In this document: positions 18,392-28,498 of the stretch, piece after piece | Position numbering within the stretch: the first letter of the stretch is position 1 | Layout of the letters: the number at the start of each line of letters is the position of its first letter | IMG/VR virus record: IMGVR_UViG_3300025900_000203 | Direction: 5' to 3' (one strand) | Length of the DNA: 64,000 nucleotides | DNA from: an uncultured virus (IMG/VR IMGVR_UViG_3300025900_000203) | Lineage: Duplodnaviria > Heunggongvirae > Uroviricota > Caudoviricetes | Position numbers and translations under genes: made by a program | Notes under the pieces: generated by a model | The model's input: only the letters and a program-made list of their open reading frames with translations | Databases searched by the model: none | Told to the model about the DNA's origin: nothing

Positions 18392-21129
18392 GCACGCTCG
18401 ACGTGGTGGCAGAGATTCTACGGGAGGTCGCGCCGCGCGCGATCAAGTCCCGTGAGATCGCACGTCTCGCAGGAGATAGGCTCCCTACGCAATCTCGGAC
18501 GCCTGAGACGGTGGTCTCTCGCGACCTCGCAATCGATGTGAAGCGCCATGGTGCGACGTCTCGCTTCCTCCGTGCAGATCGCGGCGCCTTCCTCCTCAAG
18601 GAAGCGTTGCCGCACGCTTTTTATAACGACGTCGAGCCGTATGTCGCGCAGTGGACGCGTAACCTGATTGCTGCGGGAGAGATCGCGGCAGGAGTTGTCG
18701 ATGAACGATCCATCCGGAATCTCAGACCCGCCGACGTTGCCAGCTATCGACAGTGTCATTTCTTCAGTGGAGTTGGAGTCTGGTCTCGAGCCCTGCGCGA
18801 CGCCGGATGGCCAGACGATGCCAACGTGTGGAGTGGGAGTTGTCCATGTTTCCCAGCAGGCACTCTTGTTCTGACACAACGTGGGAACATTCCTATCGAG
18901 GACGTTCAGGTAGGTGATGTCGTACTTACCCATCGCGCGCGATGGCGTCGCGTGCAGGCGACAGGCTCAGAGATTAGCGATTGTGTGCAATTGAAAGGGC
19001 AGGGCCATTGGGGAATGGTCTGCACGCCAGGGCATCCATTTCTTTCTGGAGATGAGGAGTGGACAGCTGCCGATCAGATGCAAGGAAAGCGCTGGTCTAC
19101 AGTTGCTCAAGTCCCAAGCTTTATGGAAATTCCGCCTTTGGAGACTAATCGCGGAACCTTCTATGACACCTATTCCAAAGGTTTTAGAGCCAAAGGTGAG
19201 AAGGCCGGAAAACTGGTTTATCTCGGCCTTTATCGAACGAAAGCTGAAGCGCAGGCTGCACGCGACGCCGCTGTTCGCGACGGCAGGGTCGACGTTCGTG
19301 GAGCTGATGCAGTTGATACAGCTTCCATCGCTTTCGCACGTTTCCTTGGTTATTGGGTTGGTGACGGCTGGACATCGCGGGGATCTGTTTTTATTTGCGG
19401 AGCCAAGGAAGATCGCGACTTTCTTGAGGCACTCATGGAAAGTGCAAGACTATCAAGCAGTCTCAGCATTGAACGTACGAGTTCAAGAGCGAGGTGCGGG
19501 TCGAAAGCACTCGTGGCATGGCTCAATCTGCATTTCGGCCAAGGGGCGGCACACAAACGCATTCCGGCTTGGCTGCATGGTGCAAGCGCTGAATATCGCC
19601 AAGCCTTCTTGAGTGGCTATTTAATGGCGGATGGCAGTCGAGAGCTAAACAGCCGTTCCAAATCGCCAATCTTAACCTTCGGAACAGTGTCCCGAGCGCT
19701 TGCCGTAGGAACACGGATCTTGCTTAACCAGGCAGGTATATCCGCGTCCATTTGTCTTTTTACTAAGCGCGGTAAGGGGATTATTGAGGGCCGCGTTGTT
19801 AATCAGCAGCCCTTTTTCAAGGTTACAGCCTATGACAAAGCTAGATCCTTTAGTTTCTGTGAATTCCACGGTCGAGGACTCGTTAGAACCGTCACTCCAG
19901 CTGGAAAATCGTGTGTCTACAATCTCGCGGTCGAAGAAGATGAGAGCTACTGCGCCGATGGAATCGTCGTCCACAACTGTACTCCGTTCTCGGCGGCAGG
20001 GCGAAAGCGCGGATTCTCTGACGAGCAGCACCTCTGGCCCGAGTGGTTCCGACTCATCAAAGCCTGTCGACCTTCTTGGATTTTTGGCGAGCAAGTATCA
20101 AGCAAGGACGGGCTCGCTTGGATCGACGCTGTTCGAATTGACTTGGAAGGTGCGGACTACACCCTCCGGGTGCTCGATCTCCCAGCTGCGAGCGTCGGGG
20201 CGCCGCACCGGCGTCAGCGCCTCTACTTCGTGGCCTACGCCCGTGAGAGAAGACTCGAAATCCTCCGCACGTCATGGCTACATGATCGCCGGCAATCCGG
20301 GGACGACGCTGCTCGACGCTGCTCGACTGACGTCGCCAGCTCCGTATCCGACGCCGAACGCATCGTGCGGGACACGGGGAGGGAGTGCGGACCATATGGA
20401 TGGGAGGCGGTCGAATCTGATCGATACGGTGAAGTTGATGGAGCCAGGACCTGTGGGACCCTCGGGATGGGCGACGCCGGCTTCGCAGGAAGCGGGTGGG
20501 ACAGCCGAGCGGTTCCTGGAGCGCAAGCGGCTCGCGAAGGAGAACGGATCCCAACTGGGAGTTTCACTAACGAGTCTCTCTCTGCAAGCGCAGATGACGG
20601 AAGCGTTGCCGTCAACGGATCCTTCGAGGATGAATTCCCCGAGGATGGAGGCGAAGCCAGGGAACTGGTACGAGGAGCAGCTGACGCTGCCGGCGCTTTC
20701 TGGAAGCCCGGAGAACGGATCCGATTCCGAGATGATCCCAGCTGGGGAGGAGCTGTTGGAGGATTCTGGGTCGCTGGAGTTGAGTGGATCTACTGCCGGC
20801 CGGAGCCGGGACACGAAGACGGGCGCTGGCGGCCAGCTCAATCCGAAGTTGAGCCGTTGGCTTATGGGCCTTCCGTCGACATGGGACGCACACGCGCCAA
20901 AAGATTGAGAGGCTTTGGCAACGCCATCGTGTTGCCGCTGGCGACCGAGTTTGTGGCGTCGGTACTAGACGTGCTCGCAGATGCAATCGATCTTGAAGAA
21001 GTCAAGAGCACTCCGGAATCCACGGTGGCCGAGATCACTTCGGATCCGGAAGCCGTGAACGTAGATCCTGTCGCCATTCCGATCGTGCGAGAGTCAGCCG
21101 ATCTCGATGCTGCGGAGCACGTCGCGTGA
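18388..21129 (+). CDS. C5-cytosine DNA methyltransferase (alpha chain) with N-terminal HARE-HTH and an intein
   Basis: N-terminal HARE-HTH-like (TPETVVSRDL...SRFLR..RG.F.L); FFSGVG, GSCP|C, FGEQV, GAPHRRQRLYFV, GFGNAIV. Confidence 0.85.
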   Translation: MSTLDVVAEILREVAPRAIKSREIARLAGDRLPTQSRTPETVVSRDLAIDVKRHGATSRFLRADRGAFLLKEALPHAFYNDVEPYVAQWTRNLIAAGEIAAGVVDERSIRNLRPADVASYRQCHFFSGVGVWSRALRDAGWPDDANVWSGSCPCFPAGTLVLTQRGNIPIEDVQVGDVVLTHRARWRRVQATGSEISDCVQLKGQGHWGMVCTPGHPFLSGDEEWTAADQMQGKRWSTVAQVPSFMEIPPLETNRGTFYDTYSKGFRAKGEKAGKLVYLGLYRTKAEAQAARDAAVRDGRVDVRGADAVDTASIAFARFLGYWVGDGWTSRGSVFICGAKEDRDFLEALMESARLSSSLSIERTSSRARCGSKALVAWLNLHFGQGAAHKRIPAWLHGASAEYRQAFLSGYLMADGSRELNSRSKSPILTFGTVSRALAVGTRILLNQAGISASICLFTKRGKGIIEGRVVNQQPFFKVTAYDKARSFSFCEFHGRGLVRTVTPAGKSCVYNLAVEEDESYCADGIVVHNCTPFSAAGRKRGFSDEQHLWPEWFRLIKACRPSWIFGEQVSSKDGLAWIDAVRIDLEGADYTLRVLDLPAASVGAPHRRQRLYFVAYARERRLEILRTSWLHDRRQSGDDAARRCSTDVASSVSDAERIVRDTGRECGPYGWEAVESDRYGEVDGARTCGTLGMGDAGFAGSGWDSRAVPGAQAAREGERIPTGSFTNESLSASADDGSVAVNGSFEDEFPEDGGEARELVRGAADAAGAFWKPGERIRFRDDPSWGGAVGGFWVAGVEWIYCRPEPGHEDGRWRPAQSEVEPLAYGPSVDMGRTRAKRLRGFGNAIVLPLATEFVASVLDVLADAIDLEEVKSTPESTVAEITSDPEAVNVDPVAIPIVRESADLDAAEHVA
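18847..19977 (+). mobile_element. Intein (377 aa) with LAGLIDADG homing endonuclease and AP2-like insert
   Basis: Starts CFPAGTLV, block B TPGHPF, GYWVGDG and GYLMADG, ends VYNLAV...IVVHN followed by C+1; visibly more AT-rich. Confidence 0.92.
19958..20908 (+). CDS. Nested alternative-frame ORF, putative C5-MTase beta subunit (start uncertain)
   Basis: GSTLFELTWK, repeated W/Y-P/A-TP motifs, GQLNPKLSRWLMGLPSTW (motif IX-like) in a frame shifted from the MTase. Confidence 0.65.
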   Translation: MESSSTTVLRSRRQGESADSLTSSTSGPSGSDSSKPVDLLGFLASKYQARTGSLGSTLFELTWKVRTTPSGCSISQLRASGRRTGVSASTSWPTPVREDSKSSARHGYMIAGNPGTTLLDAARLTSPAPYPTPNASCGTRGGSADHMDGRRSNLIDTVKLMEPGPVGPSGWATPASQEAGGTAERFLERKRLAKENGSQLGVSLTSLSLQAQMTEALPSTDPSRMNSPRMEAKPGNWYEEQLTLPALSGSPENGSDSEMIPAGEELLEDSGSLELSGSTAGRSRDTKTGAGGQLNPKLSRWLMGLPSTWDAHAPKD

Positions 21130-21575
21130 AGCGTGAAAGCGGGATGTGGAAGAAGCTCCGTCCGGTGCTTCTGGCAGCCAAGCTTGATCCGGTGCGCGTC
21201 GAGAACCCGATCCATCCGGGGACGCCGGATGTAAACCTTGCAGACGGCCGGTGGATCGAGCTGAAGTGCATCCCGTCGTGGCCCGTCCGCGCTGCCTCGA
21301 TCGTTCGGATCGATCACTTCACGGCTCAGCAACGTGTCTGGCTCTTTCGTCGCTGGAAGTACGCTCCAGGCTCGACGATGTTGCTTTTGAACGTGGAGGC
21401 TGCTCGGCAGTGGCTCCTATTCGACGGCGATATTGCTGCGAAGGTCGTGGCGCGTGCAGTAACAGCGGTGCACTACCAACAGGCTTGTGCAGTCCTCGGC
21501 GATCGTGATCTTCTAACGTTTCCTCAGGTTATTGAGGAGACGCGCAAGCGGCGCACGGAAGGGACGCGCGTGTGA
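21126..21575 (+). CDS. VRR-NUC/PD-(D/E)xK nuclease, Holliday junction resolvase-like
   Basis: E...RVEN...GTPDV...WIELK...Q..W. Confidence 0.75.
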   Translation: MKRESGMWKKLRPVLLAAKLDPVRVENPIHPGTPDVNLADGRWIELKCIPSWPVRAASIVRIDHFTAQQRVWLFRRWKYAPGSTMLLLNVEAARQWLLFDGDIAAKVVARAVTAVHYQQACAVLGDRDLLTFPQVIEETRKRRTEGTRV

Positions 21576-23809
21576 CCATCGATCGCGTCCAGCTCTCGTC
21601 CCTCAAGGACAAGCATGACTCGAGGCCCCGGCGCCAGACGGTGTCGTGGAGCAAGTTTGTCGAGGCTTTTGCGAAGCCGCGTCGAACGGTATGCCTCGTC
21701 GGGAACTGCAAGCATAATGAGTGCTCGCACAAGAACGGCCGCGCGTGGACACCCGCGATCTATCCACCAGAGGCCCCACGGCAGAAGCAGCATGTCGATG
21801 AGGTTTGGCTACTTCCGATCGACATCGATCACAAGACAGATGAAGAGCTCACACCAGCTCTTGGAAATTTGGCTGGTTACCAGCGGCTGATTCACGCGAG
21901 TCATAGCGATCGTCCCGCGGGCTGTAACGTCTGCACCTGCGGCAGTGAACCTGGGGCCCTTCACGGTCCGCACTGTCCTTCCCGCGTAGATCGGTGTGTT
22001 CGGGTCATCCTCGCGCTGTCCAGACCCGTCAAGAAAAATGAATGGCCGCGGTTCTGGCCCGCCGCGATGGCGTATCTCAAGCAGCCAGCGGATCCATCGA
22101 CTTGCGACGCGAGTCGGCTCTATTTCATGCCGAGTCGGCCCAAGGATGCCGACTCGTATTTCTTCGAGGTGCATGACGGCATTCCCCTCGACGTCGATGC
22201 CATTCTTGCGATCGCTCCACCGGAAGCGCCGTCGGTCGGCGAGACGCTTCATGTCGACTCGAGCGGCGCCGTGGAACCGGGTCAGCGCCACGCGATGCTC
22301 AAGAGCCTCGCAGGCTCGATGCGGTTCCGCGGCTGTGGTTACGAGACGATCGAGTCCGCACTGCTCGCGGCGAACAAGCAGCAGTGCAACCCGCCGAAGT
22401 CGGATGCAGAAGTTCGCGCGATCGCGCGGTGGGCAGCCGCACAGCCGATCACGACGTTGGGTCCTCGTGAGAACAACGGCGGCGGCAACAGCGGGAACAA
22501 CGGTAACGGCGGCGGTGGTGGAGGTGGAGGCGGCGGCAATGGTAGTGGGGACGAGCCTGATTTCCTCCTCGATAAACACGGGCGGCCGTTCAACAATCAA
22601 TGGAACATTGAAGTTGCGATCCGCAAACTCAATGTCCTTCTTCGCTACGATGAATTCTCCGGCGACGAAATTATCGAAGGGTTGTCCGGCTATGGTCCTC
22701 GTTTCGATGATCCTGCCACGGTCAATCTTCGTCTGAAGATCGATTCGAGTTACCACTTCCTTCCCAACAAGGAACTCTTCCGCGACGTTACGGCGAACGT
22801 GGCCCGTAACAATCGTTTCCATCCCGTACGTGATTACCTGAGCACGCTCGCATGGGATCAGGAGCCTCGGATCGAGCGGTGGCTGATCGACTACGCTGGT
22901 GCCCCAGACACGCCGTACGTACGGGCAGTCTCGCGGATCGTCCTTGTGGCCGCATGTCGTCGGATTCGAAATCCGGGCGCGAAGTACGATGAGATGTTGA
23001 TTCTTGAATCGGCCCAGGGCACTGATAAATCGAGTGGTCTCCGTGCACTCTCCGCGAACGAAGACTGGTTTACGGATGACCTTCCGCTCGGAACAGACAC
23101 GCGTCGATTCATGGAATCGACGGCAGGTAAATGGATCGTCGAGGCCGGCGAGTTGAAGGGCATGGGAAAGTCCGACGTCGCTGCTCTCAAAGCGTGCCTT
23201 TCGCGACAACGTGACGAGGCACGTATGGCATACGGTCACAAGAATACCCGCGTCGCACGGCAGTTCGTGATCATCGGAACCACGAACGAAACCGAAGGCT
23301 ATCTTCGCGATGCGACGGGAAATCGGCGGTTTTGGCCGGTACGTATCACCCGCTTCAACCTCGAGAAGCTTCGAGCGGACCGGGATCAGCTTTGGGCTGA
23401 AGCGGCCGAGGCGGAGGCGCTGGGCGAGTCGATTCGTTTGAACCCCGAGCTTTACGCAGCAGCGGCAGCCGAGCAAGAGGCACGTCTTGCCGGTGATGAT
23501 CCCCTCGTCGATGTTCTGCACCGTGCCCTCGGTACTCGAACCGGCAAGCTTCGTGTGTCCGACGCGTATCTCATCTGCGGGATCGAGGCGGGCAAGGCGA
23601 ACCAAGATCAAATCGCCCGCTTCGGCAAGGCGATTCGCGAGCTGGGATGGGAGCGGCAACGTCGTCGCTTCGAAGGCCAACTCCAGTACGCCTATGTGAA
23701 GGGCACCGCAGATCAGCGTGAGGTCGAGCTCCTGGTCGAGTACGACCCGCACATGCGCCAAGTCAAGATCGAGATCGACAAGCAACCCGAAGCTCCGGCG
23801 ACGAACTAG
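21572..23809 (+). CDS. Primase (PriCT-1-like) fused to VirE/VapE helicase-like ATPase
   Basis: DID, HASHS, R.IL.LSRP, D.SRLYF; GQRH...LAG...N...C.PP..D.EV; Gly/Asn linker; HPVRDYL, SAQGTDKS, GTTN, DATGNRRFWPV, RDQLWAEA. Confidence 0.88.
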   Translation: MTIDRVQLSSLKDKHDSRPRRQTVSWSKFVEAFAKPRRTVCLVGNCKHNECSHKNGRAWTPAIYPPEAPRQKQHVDEVWLLPIDIDHKTDEELTPALGNLAGYQRLIHASHSDRPAGCNVCTCGSEPGALHGPHCPSRVDRCVRVILALSRPVKKNEWPRFWPAAMAYLKQPADPSTCDASRLYFMPSRPKDADSYFFEVHDGIPLDVDAILAIAPPEAPSVGETLHVDSSGAVEPGQRHAMLKSLAGSMRFRGCGYETIESALLAANKQQCNPPKSDAEVRAIARWAAAQPITTLGPRENNGGGNSGNNGNGGGGGGGGGGNGSGDEPDFLLDKHGRPFNNQWNIEVAIRKLNVLLRYDEFSGDEIIEGLSGYGPRFDDPATVNLRLKIDSSYHFLPNKELFRDVTANVARNNRFHPVRDYLSTLAWDQEPRIERWLIDYAGAPDTPYVRAVSRIVLVAACRRIRNPGAKYDEMLILESAQGTDKSSGLRALSANEDWFTDDLPLGTDTRRFMESTAGKWIVEAGELKGMGKSDVAALKACLSRQRDEARMAYGHKNTRVARQFVIIGTTNETEGYLRDATGNRRFWPVRITRFNLEKLRADRDQLWAEAAEAEALGESIRLNPELYAAAAAEQEARLAGDDPLVDVLHRALGTRTGKLRVSDAYLICGIEAGKANQDQIARFGKAIRELGWERQRRRFEGQLQYAYVKGTADQREVELLVEYDPHMRQVKIEIDKQPEAPATN

Positions 23810-23821
23810 GAAAATAAAACA

Positions 23822-24025
23822 ATGGCGAAGCAACCCAGGAGTCGATATTCCATTAGCGTGTCGGGACCGTTCTATGCACGCCTCCGAGAGGCCGTGCCGG
23901 ACACCGTGACGGGATTCGTCGAGGCGGCTGTCGTGACCGCGCTCGATGATCCAGAGATTCGTGCCCGGCTCGTCCACCAGTGCCGTTACGAGGAGGGGGC
24001 ACCGCTGTGTCCACACTCGAGGTGA
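23822..24025 (+). CDS. Small ribbon-helix-helix-like protein
   Basis: RYSISVSGPFYARLREA beta-alpha pattern; RBS AGGA. Confidence 0.45.
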   Translation: MAKQPRSRYSISVSGPFYARLREAVPDTVTGFVEAAVVTALDDPEIRARLVHQCRYEEGAPLCPHSR

Positions 24026-24086
24026 ACGCGCTCGTCGTCGTGGTAAGCGGCGGTCTTGTGCTGCTCTTGGGTGTCGAGGTGGTTCG

Positions 24087-24308
24087 ATGGATGTTCCGGC
24101 CAGCGGCGCGGAGGCTGCGGACGATTCGGAAGATTGGACGGCGGTCGTGACAAACGCTCCTCTGCCGCCACCTGCACAACAGCGTTGGCGCGTGATCATC
24201 GGAACGAGCGGGTCGCTGGACTTCTTGAACGATGCAACGAGTACCCGTCGCTTTTGGCCTGGATACCTGCCTAGGCCGCTGCGCGGCACTCGCGAGGAGA
24301 TCCGATAG
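24087..24308 (+). CDS. Small protein containing a VapE-motif copy
   Basis: RBS GAGGTGG; VIIGTSGSLDFLNDATSTRRFWP. Confidence 0.5.
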   Translation: MDVPASGAEAADDSEDWTAVVTNAPLPPPAQQRWRVIIGTSGSLDFLNDATSTRRFWPGYLPRPLRGTREEIR

Positions 24309-24718
24309 AATGCCGTCGTTCATGATGGAGATTGACGCTGCTCGTCCACCTCCGCTTGAGCAACTTGCGGCGGACTACATGCTTCTGCAACGGCCTTTGC
24401 AGCCATCCCTCGAGTTCTGTCGTTGCGCCGCAGGTGTCCCTGAAAATGACGCCGCGGTCGCCAAGCGGCTCTGTGTCTCGGTGGTGATGATTCGTGGATG
24501 GCGCGACGTGGGCCGCCGCGCTTCAACCTGGAGTTCTCGATGAGCAGCCGAAAAGACGTGAAGATCACCAACCGCACTCCCGCCGCAGCCGATGCCACGA
24601 TGCGCTCTTCGGAGCGCCAACGCACGACGTCGCCCCGCACCCGAGGGCCGTCCGATCTGCGTCCGATGCTCGGCACTCCGAATACAGGTGCTACGCCGCG
24701 TAGGAAGCGCAGCAAGCG

Positions 24719-25003
24719 ATGACGTCCGAAGAGTCTCTTAGACGTGCCGCTGATCTGTTCTACGAGATCGGCGGATCGGTATCAGCGGCGAAACTTCTCG
24801 AGAATCCGCGCAACGTGGATCATGTGGTCATGGGACCCAAACTTCGAGAAGGTTTGCGAACCCCCGAACAACTTCAACAGATCGCCGCGAATGGCTTCGA
24901 GCTATGCGTGCGCGCGCTTCAAGCGCTTGGCACCACGGATGTGATGATCCATGAGTGCGGCAAGCGTGATCTCGAACCTTGGGAACCCGACGATGGCCAG
25001 TAA
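24719..25003 (+). CDS. Hypothetical protein
   Basis: ATGA-coupled ORF. Confidence 0.5.
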   Translation: MTSEESLRRAADLFYEIGGSVSAAKLLENPRNVDHVVMGPKLREGLRTPEQLQQIAANGFELCVRALQALGTTDVMIHECGKRDLEPWEPDDGQ

Positions 25004-25186
25004 CTTCAAAGGAGGAGGCCTCTATCCGATCTTCCTGCACGCTCCTGCGATTGTTGCTCGCGGGATCACCGTGGCATGTCCGACGTGTCGCGAGCAGCCC
25101 GGGATTGCGTGCAAGATCGTCGACGGTAAGCCTGCCGTGCACGATGCACGAGAGTCCCTCGCCTACCACGGGAAGAAGATCTGGAC

Positions 25187-25981
25187 GTGACCCGTCACGA
25201 TTGTCAGCATGAGTGCCTGACAGTGCTCTCACGATCGACGGATGGCGATCCACCCCATCCCATCGTGACTTGCCCACACTGCGGGACGCGCTGGATCGGA
25301 CACCTCGAGCAACCGCGTGAAGTTCCCACGAACGAGAAACCGTTGTTCTCGGACGCGGCTCGTGACGCTCTGCTGTCGGGACAAGATCGCCGCGCTCTTC
25401 GGCTGATTCTCATGGAACTGGATTTGGTTCCGGCCGTCATGCGTCCGAACGTCTGTTTGCCTGTCACGGTGGATGCTTACATCGATCCTGGACAGACGGC
25501 CCAGATCGCAGCACGCCCGCAAGTAGGGAAGTTCCGTGGCACGCACCTCTTGATACATCCGCAAGAGGCCGCTCGATTCGTCATCGAGGATCTGTTGGTA
25601 AGGAATCGTTCTCAGCTTCCAACCGCCGGATCGATTCCTGCCCTTCAGTACGCGTGTAATTTGAGCGGTGAGATCGTGATGTCCCCGGGCGAGCGATCTT
25701 CCGGCGCTTCGTTCTCCGTGAACACTGAACGGCATCATGTGGATCTTTCGCCGTTTGCCTGGGATATGGAGCCTGTCTCGGAAGGTTCTCCGATCATGCT
25801 TTTGGTGACGAATCGCTCAGAAGAAACATCCCAGTTTCATGCTTGGATCCTTGGCCGACAAACACGCTGGATCCGGAAAATCGACGGCTTGGAAGTCGAG
25901 CCATCACTGACCCCCGAGGAACTGCGCATCGAGCGGATCCTCGCAGCCCGAGATTACGGTTCTGACGAGGAGGCTCCATGA
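25187..25981 (+). CDS. Hypothetical beta-rich protein with N-terminal zinc ribbon
   Basis: CPHC; GTGA and ATGA coupling at both ends. Confidence 0.55.
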   Translation: MTRHDCQHECLTVLSRSTDGDPPHPIVTCPHCGTRWIGHLEQPREVPTNEKPLFSDAARDALLSGQDRRALRLILMELDLVPAVMRPNVCLPVTVDAYIDPGQTAQIAARPQVGKFRGTHLLIHPQEAARFVIEDLLVRNRSQLPTAGSIPALQYACNLSGEIVMSPGERSSGASFSVNTERHHVDLSPFAWDMEPVSEGSPIMLLVTNRSEETSQFHAWILGRQTRWIRKIDGLEVEPSLTPEELRIERILAARDYGSDEEAP

Positions 25982-26223
25982 AGCGGTTCTTTTGTGGCAA
26001 CGTAGGCGGTGCTCGATACTACGTGGTTGCCGAGGATCTTTCCCAAGCGAAACAGACACTACACCGCGAAGTCGGATTCGACGAAGGGGATGTCTTTACG
26101 TGGAGTGAGATGCGCGAGGAGGCCGCACAGCGATTTCCTGTGTGGCTTGGCGATGCCGGCACGCCTCCGCGCGTGATGCTCGCGACGTGCGAGCTTGGTG
26201 ACTGGTTCTCGACGGAGTATTGA
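25978..26223 (+). CDS. Hypothetical protein
   Basis: RBS GAGGAGG, ATGA coupling. Confidence 0.55.
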   Translation: MKRFFCGNVGGARYYVVAEDLSQAKQTLHREVGFDEGDVFTWSEMREEAAQRFPVWLGDAGTPPRVMLATCELGDWFSTEY

Positions 26224-26304
26224 TCAAGATGAGCGATCCGTTCCCTCAAGAGGAGGGATCTCAACGTATCGACTGCTTCTGCACAGATTGAGTATAGTCT
26301 GCCG

Positions 26305-26577
26305 ATGTCCAAAGCACCTGCCGAGAAGCGTCCGAGGTCCCCTGCCGAGAAGCGTCCGAGGTCCCTTGCGATCGATGGTTCCCACCCCAGCATCGACCCC
26401 TACAAGAAGCTCTTGTGCCGTGTCGCCGGCAATGTCGTCGTGGGCCTGCTCGGCTCTCCATCACCGGCCTTGAAGTCGGGTGATGACTACGCAGCGGTAG
26501 CGCTCGACCTCGCACGGGATATCTTGCGCGGCGCGGGCGTGACTGATCCTGATGTCGCGGGATCTGCCGAAGAGTAG
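26305..26577 (+). CDS. Hypothetical protein (duplicated PAEKRPRS N-terminus)
   Basis: ORF with a 24-bp direct duplication near the start. Confidence 0.45.
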   Translation: MSKAPAEKRPRSPAEKRPRSLAIDGSHPSIDPYKKLLCRVAGNVVVGLLGSPSPALKSGDDYAAVALDLARDILRGAGVTDPDVAGSAEE

Positions 26578-26644
26578 CGGAAGATCCCTGCCCTTGCGTC
26601 AGAGCCTGTTCGACGGGAACGTACAGGCTCGTGCTCCTTCGCGC

Positions 26645-27396
26645 ATGAAGCTGTCTGATTTGAATCGTCGCGAGTTCTGTAGCCTTCATGGCTGGGTGGG
26701 ACGCCGCGCCTTCCAAGAAGGTCGTCACGATCTTTGTGAAGGTCCCTGCGAGGATGACCTCGATGAGGCAGGCGCAGTGGATGGTGACGAGGAAGACGAT
26801 GACGACGACGATGCGAAGCCACAACGGCGCAGTCGTGCCTCCTTGCGCCTCGCTGGCGTCCCTCCGAAGAAGACCCTTGCGGTCCGTCGGATCACGCAGC
26901 TCGAGTTAGCGGCGGGACGTGCGGCGCTCGCCGCGATCGGCGCTGATGGTCCATACGAACGGCCCAAATGTCGCTCCGAGTGCGCCGAGATTCCTCGACC
27001 GTGCCCGTACGTGGCCTGCAAGTATTCGCTCTATCTCGACGTCAGCGAGACCGGCTCGATCATCCTGAACTTTCCGCATCTCGAGCCGTGGGAGATGCCT
27101 GCCGAGAGTAGTTGCGCCCTCGATTTGGCCGAGCGCGGGGCGATGACGCTGGAAGAGATTGCAGTCGTCACGAACCTGACGCGCGAGCGTATCCGGCAGA
27201 TCGAGCTGAAGGCCCTCGCCCGTCGCGCGCGGCCGGCAGCTCTTGAGCTGGGGCTCGGTCCCGAGGATGCTGCCGCGCTTGGTCTGCGTCATCAGGTCGG
27301 CCCAGGCGCAGACTTGGAAGAGTCTGGGATCGAGGGTGCAGTGCCGAGTGATGTGGCCACGCTCCTGGCTGGCGGAAGCGGTGGCGATGATGAGCC

Positions 27397-27400
<4 letters not shown>
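26645..27400 (+). CDS. Cys-rich sigma70 region 4-like DNA-binding protein
   Basis: RP.CR.EC...[16 protein letters not shown]...SCALD.A...MTLEEIA...[14 protein letters not shown]. Confidence 0.75.
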
Positions 27401-28092
<692 letters not shown>

Positions 28093-28132
28093 GGCTGCCT
28101 CGAGCCTACTCCATCGAGAAGATTGGCGCGAT

Positions 28133-28483
28133 TTACGGACCGAGACGCCGTGTGGCGGACCATGGGGGCGGCAGCCGGAACGTAGTTTCCTGCGGTGGTC
28201 GAGCTGCGGAGCGATCCGTGAGTGGTCGTACTTCGACGATCTGTCCGCTGCCACGGAAGATACCCCCTCGCGGAGAGGCAACACGAGGTAGTGGCGGTGG
28301 AGGTAGCAAGGGTTCGTCGTCCAGCCGTCGTTCTCGCCGCGGTGGCTGCTGCGTCATCGCATCTACTCCGAGAGCGATCGCCGCTGCAGTGATCGCGCGC
28401 GTGCGATCTTCAAGCGGCAACTCGCAGAGCGCGTCGCAGATGACACTCACGACGGTTTGTAACGGTGTTTTCTCTGCTCCCAT
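28133..28483 (-). CDS. Hypothetical protein
   Basis: ORF in minus-strand block. Confidence 0.4.
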   Translation of the reverse strand: MGAEKTPLQTVVSVICDALCELPLEDRTRAITAAAIALGVDAMTQQPPRRERRLDDEPLLPPPPLPRVASPRGGIFRGSGQIVEVRPLTDRSAARPPQETTFRLPPPWSATRRLGP

Positions 28484-28498
28484 GTTGAGAGGGTACCT

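Noticed and set aside
1193..24265. Duplicated segments (Ead pair, VapE motif copy) as DGR template/variable repeats
   Set aside because: Differences are not adenine-specific and no reverse transcriptase is visible
21809..24289. 826-aa minus-strand ORF
   Set aside because: Antisense shadow of the primase-VapE gene; no motifs, and expected in GC-rich DNA
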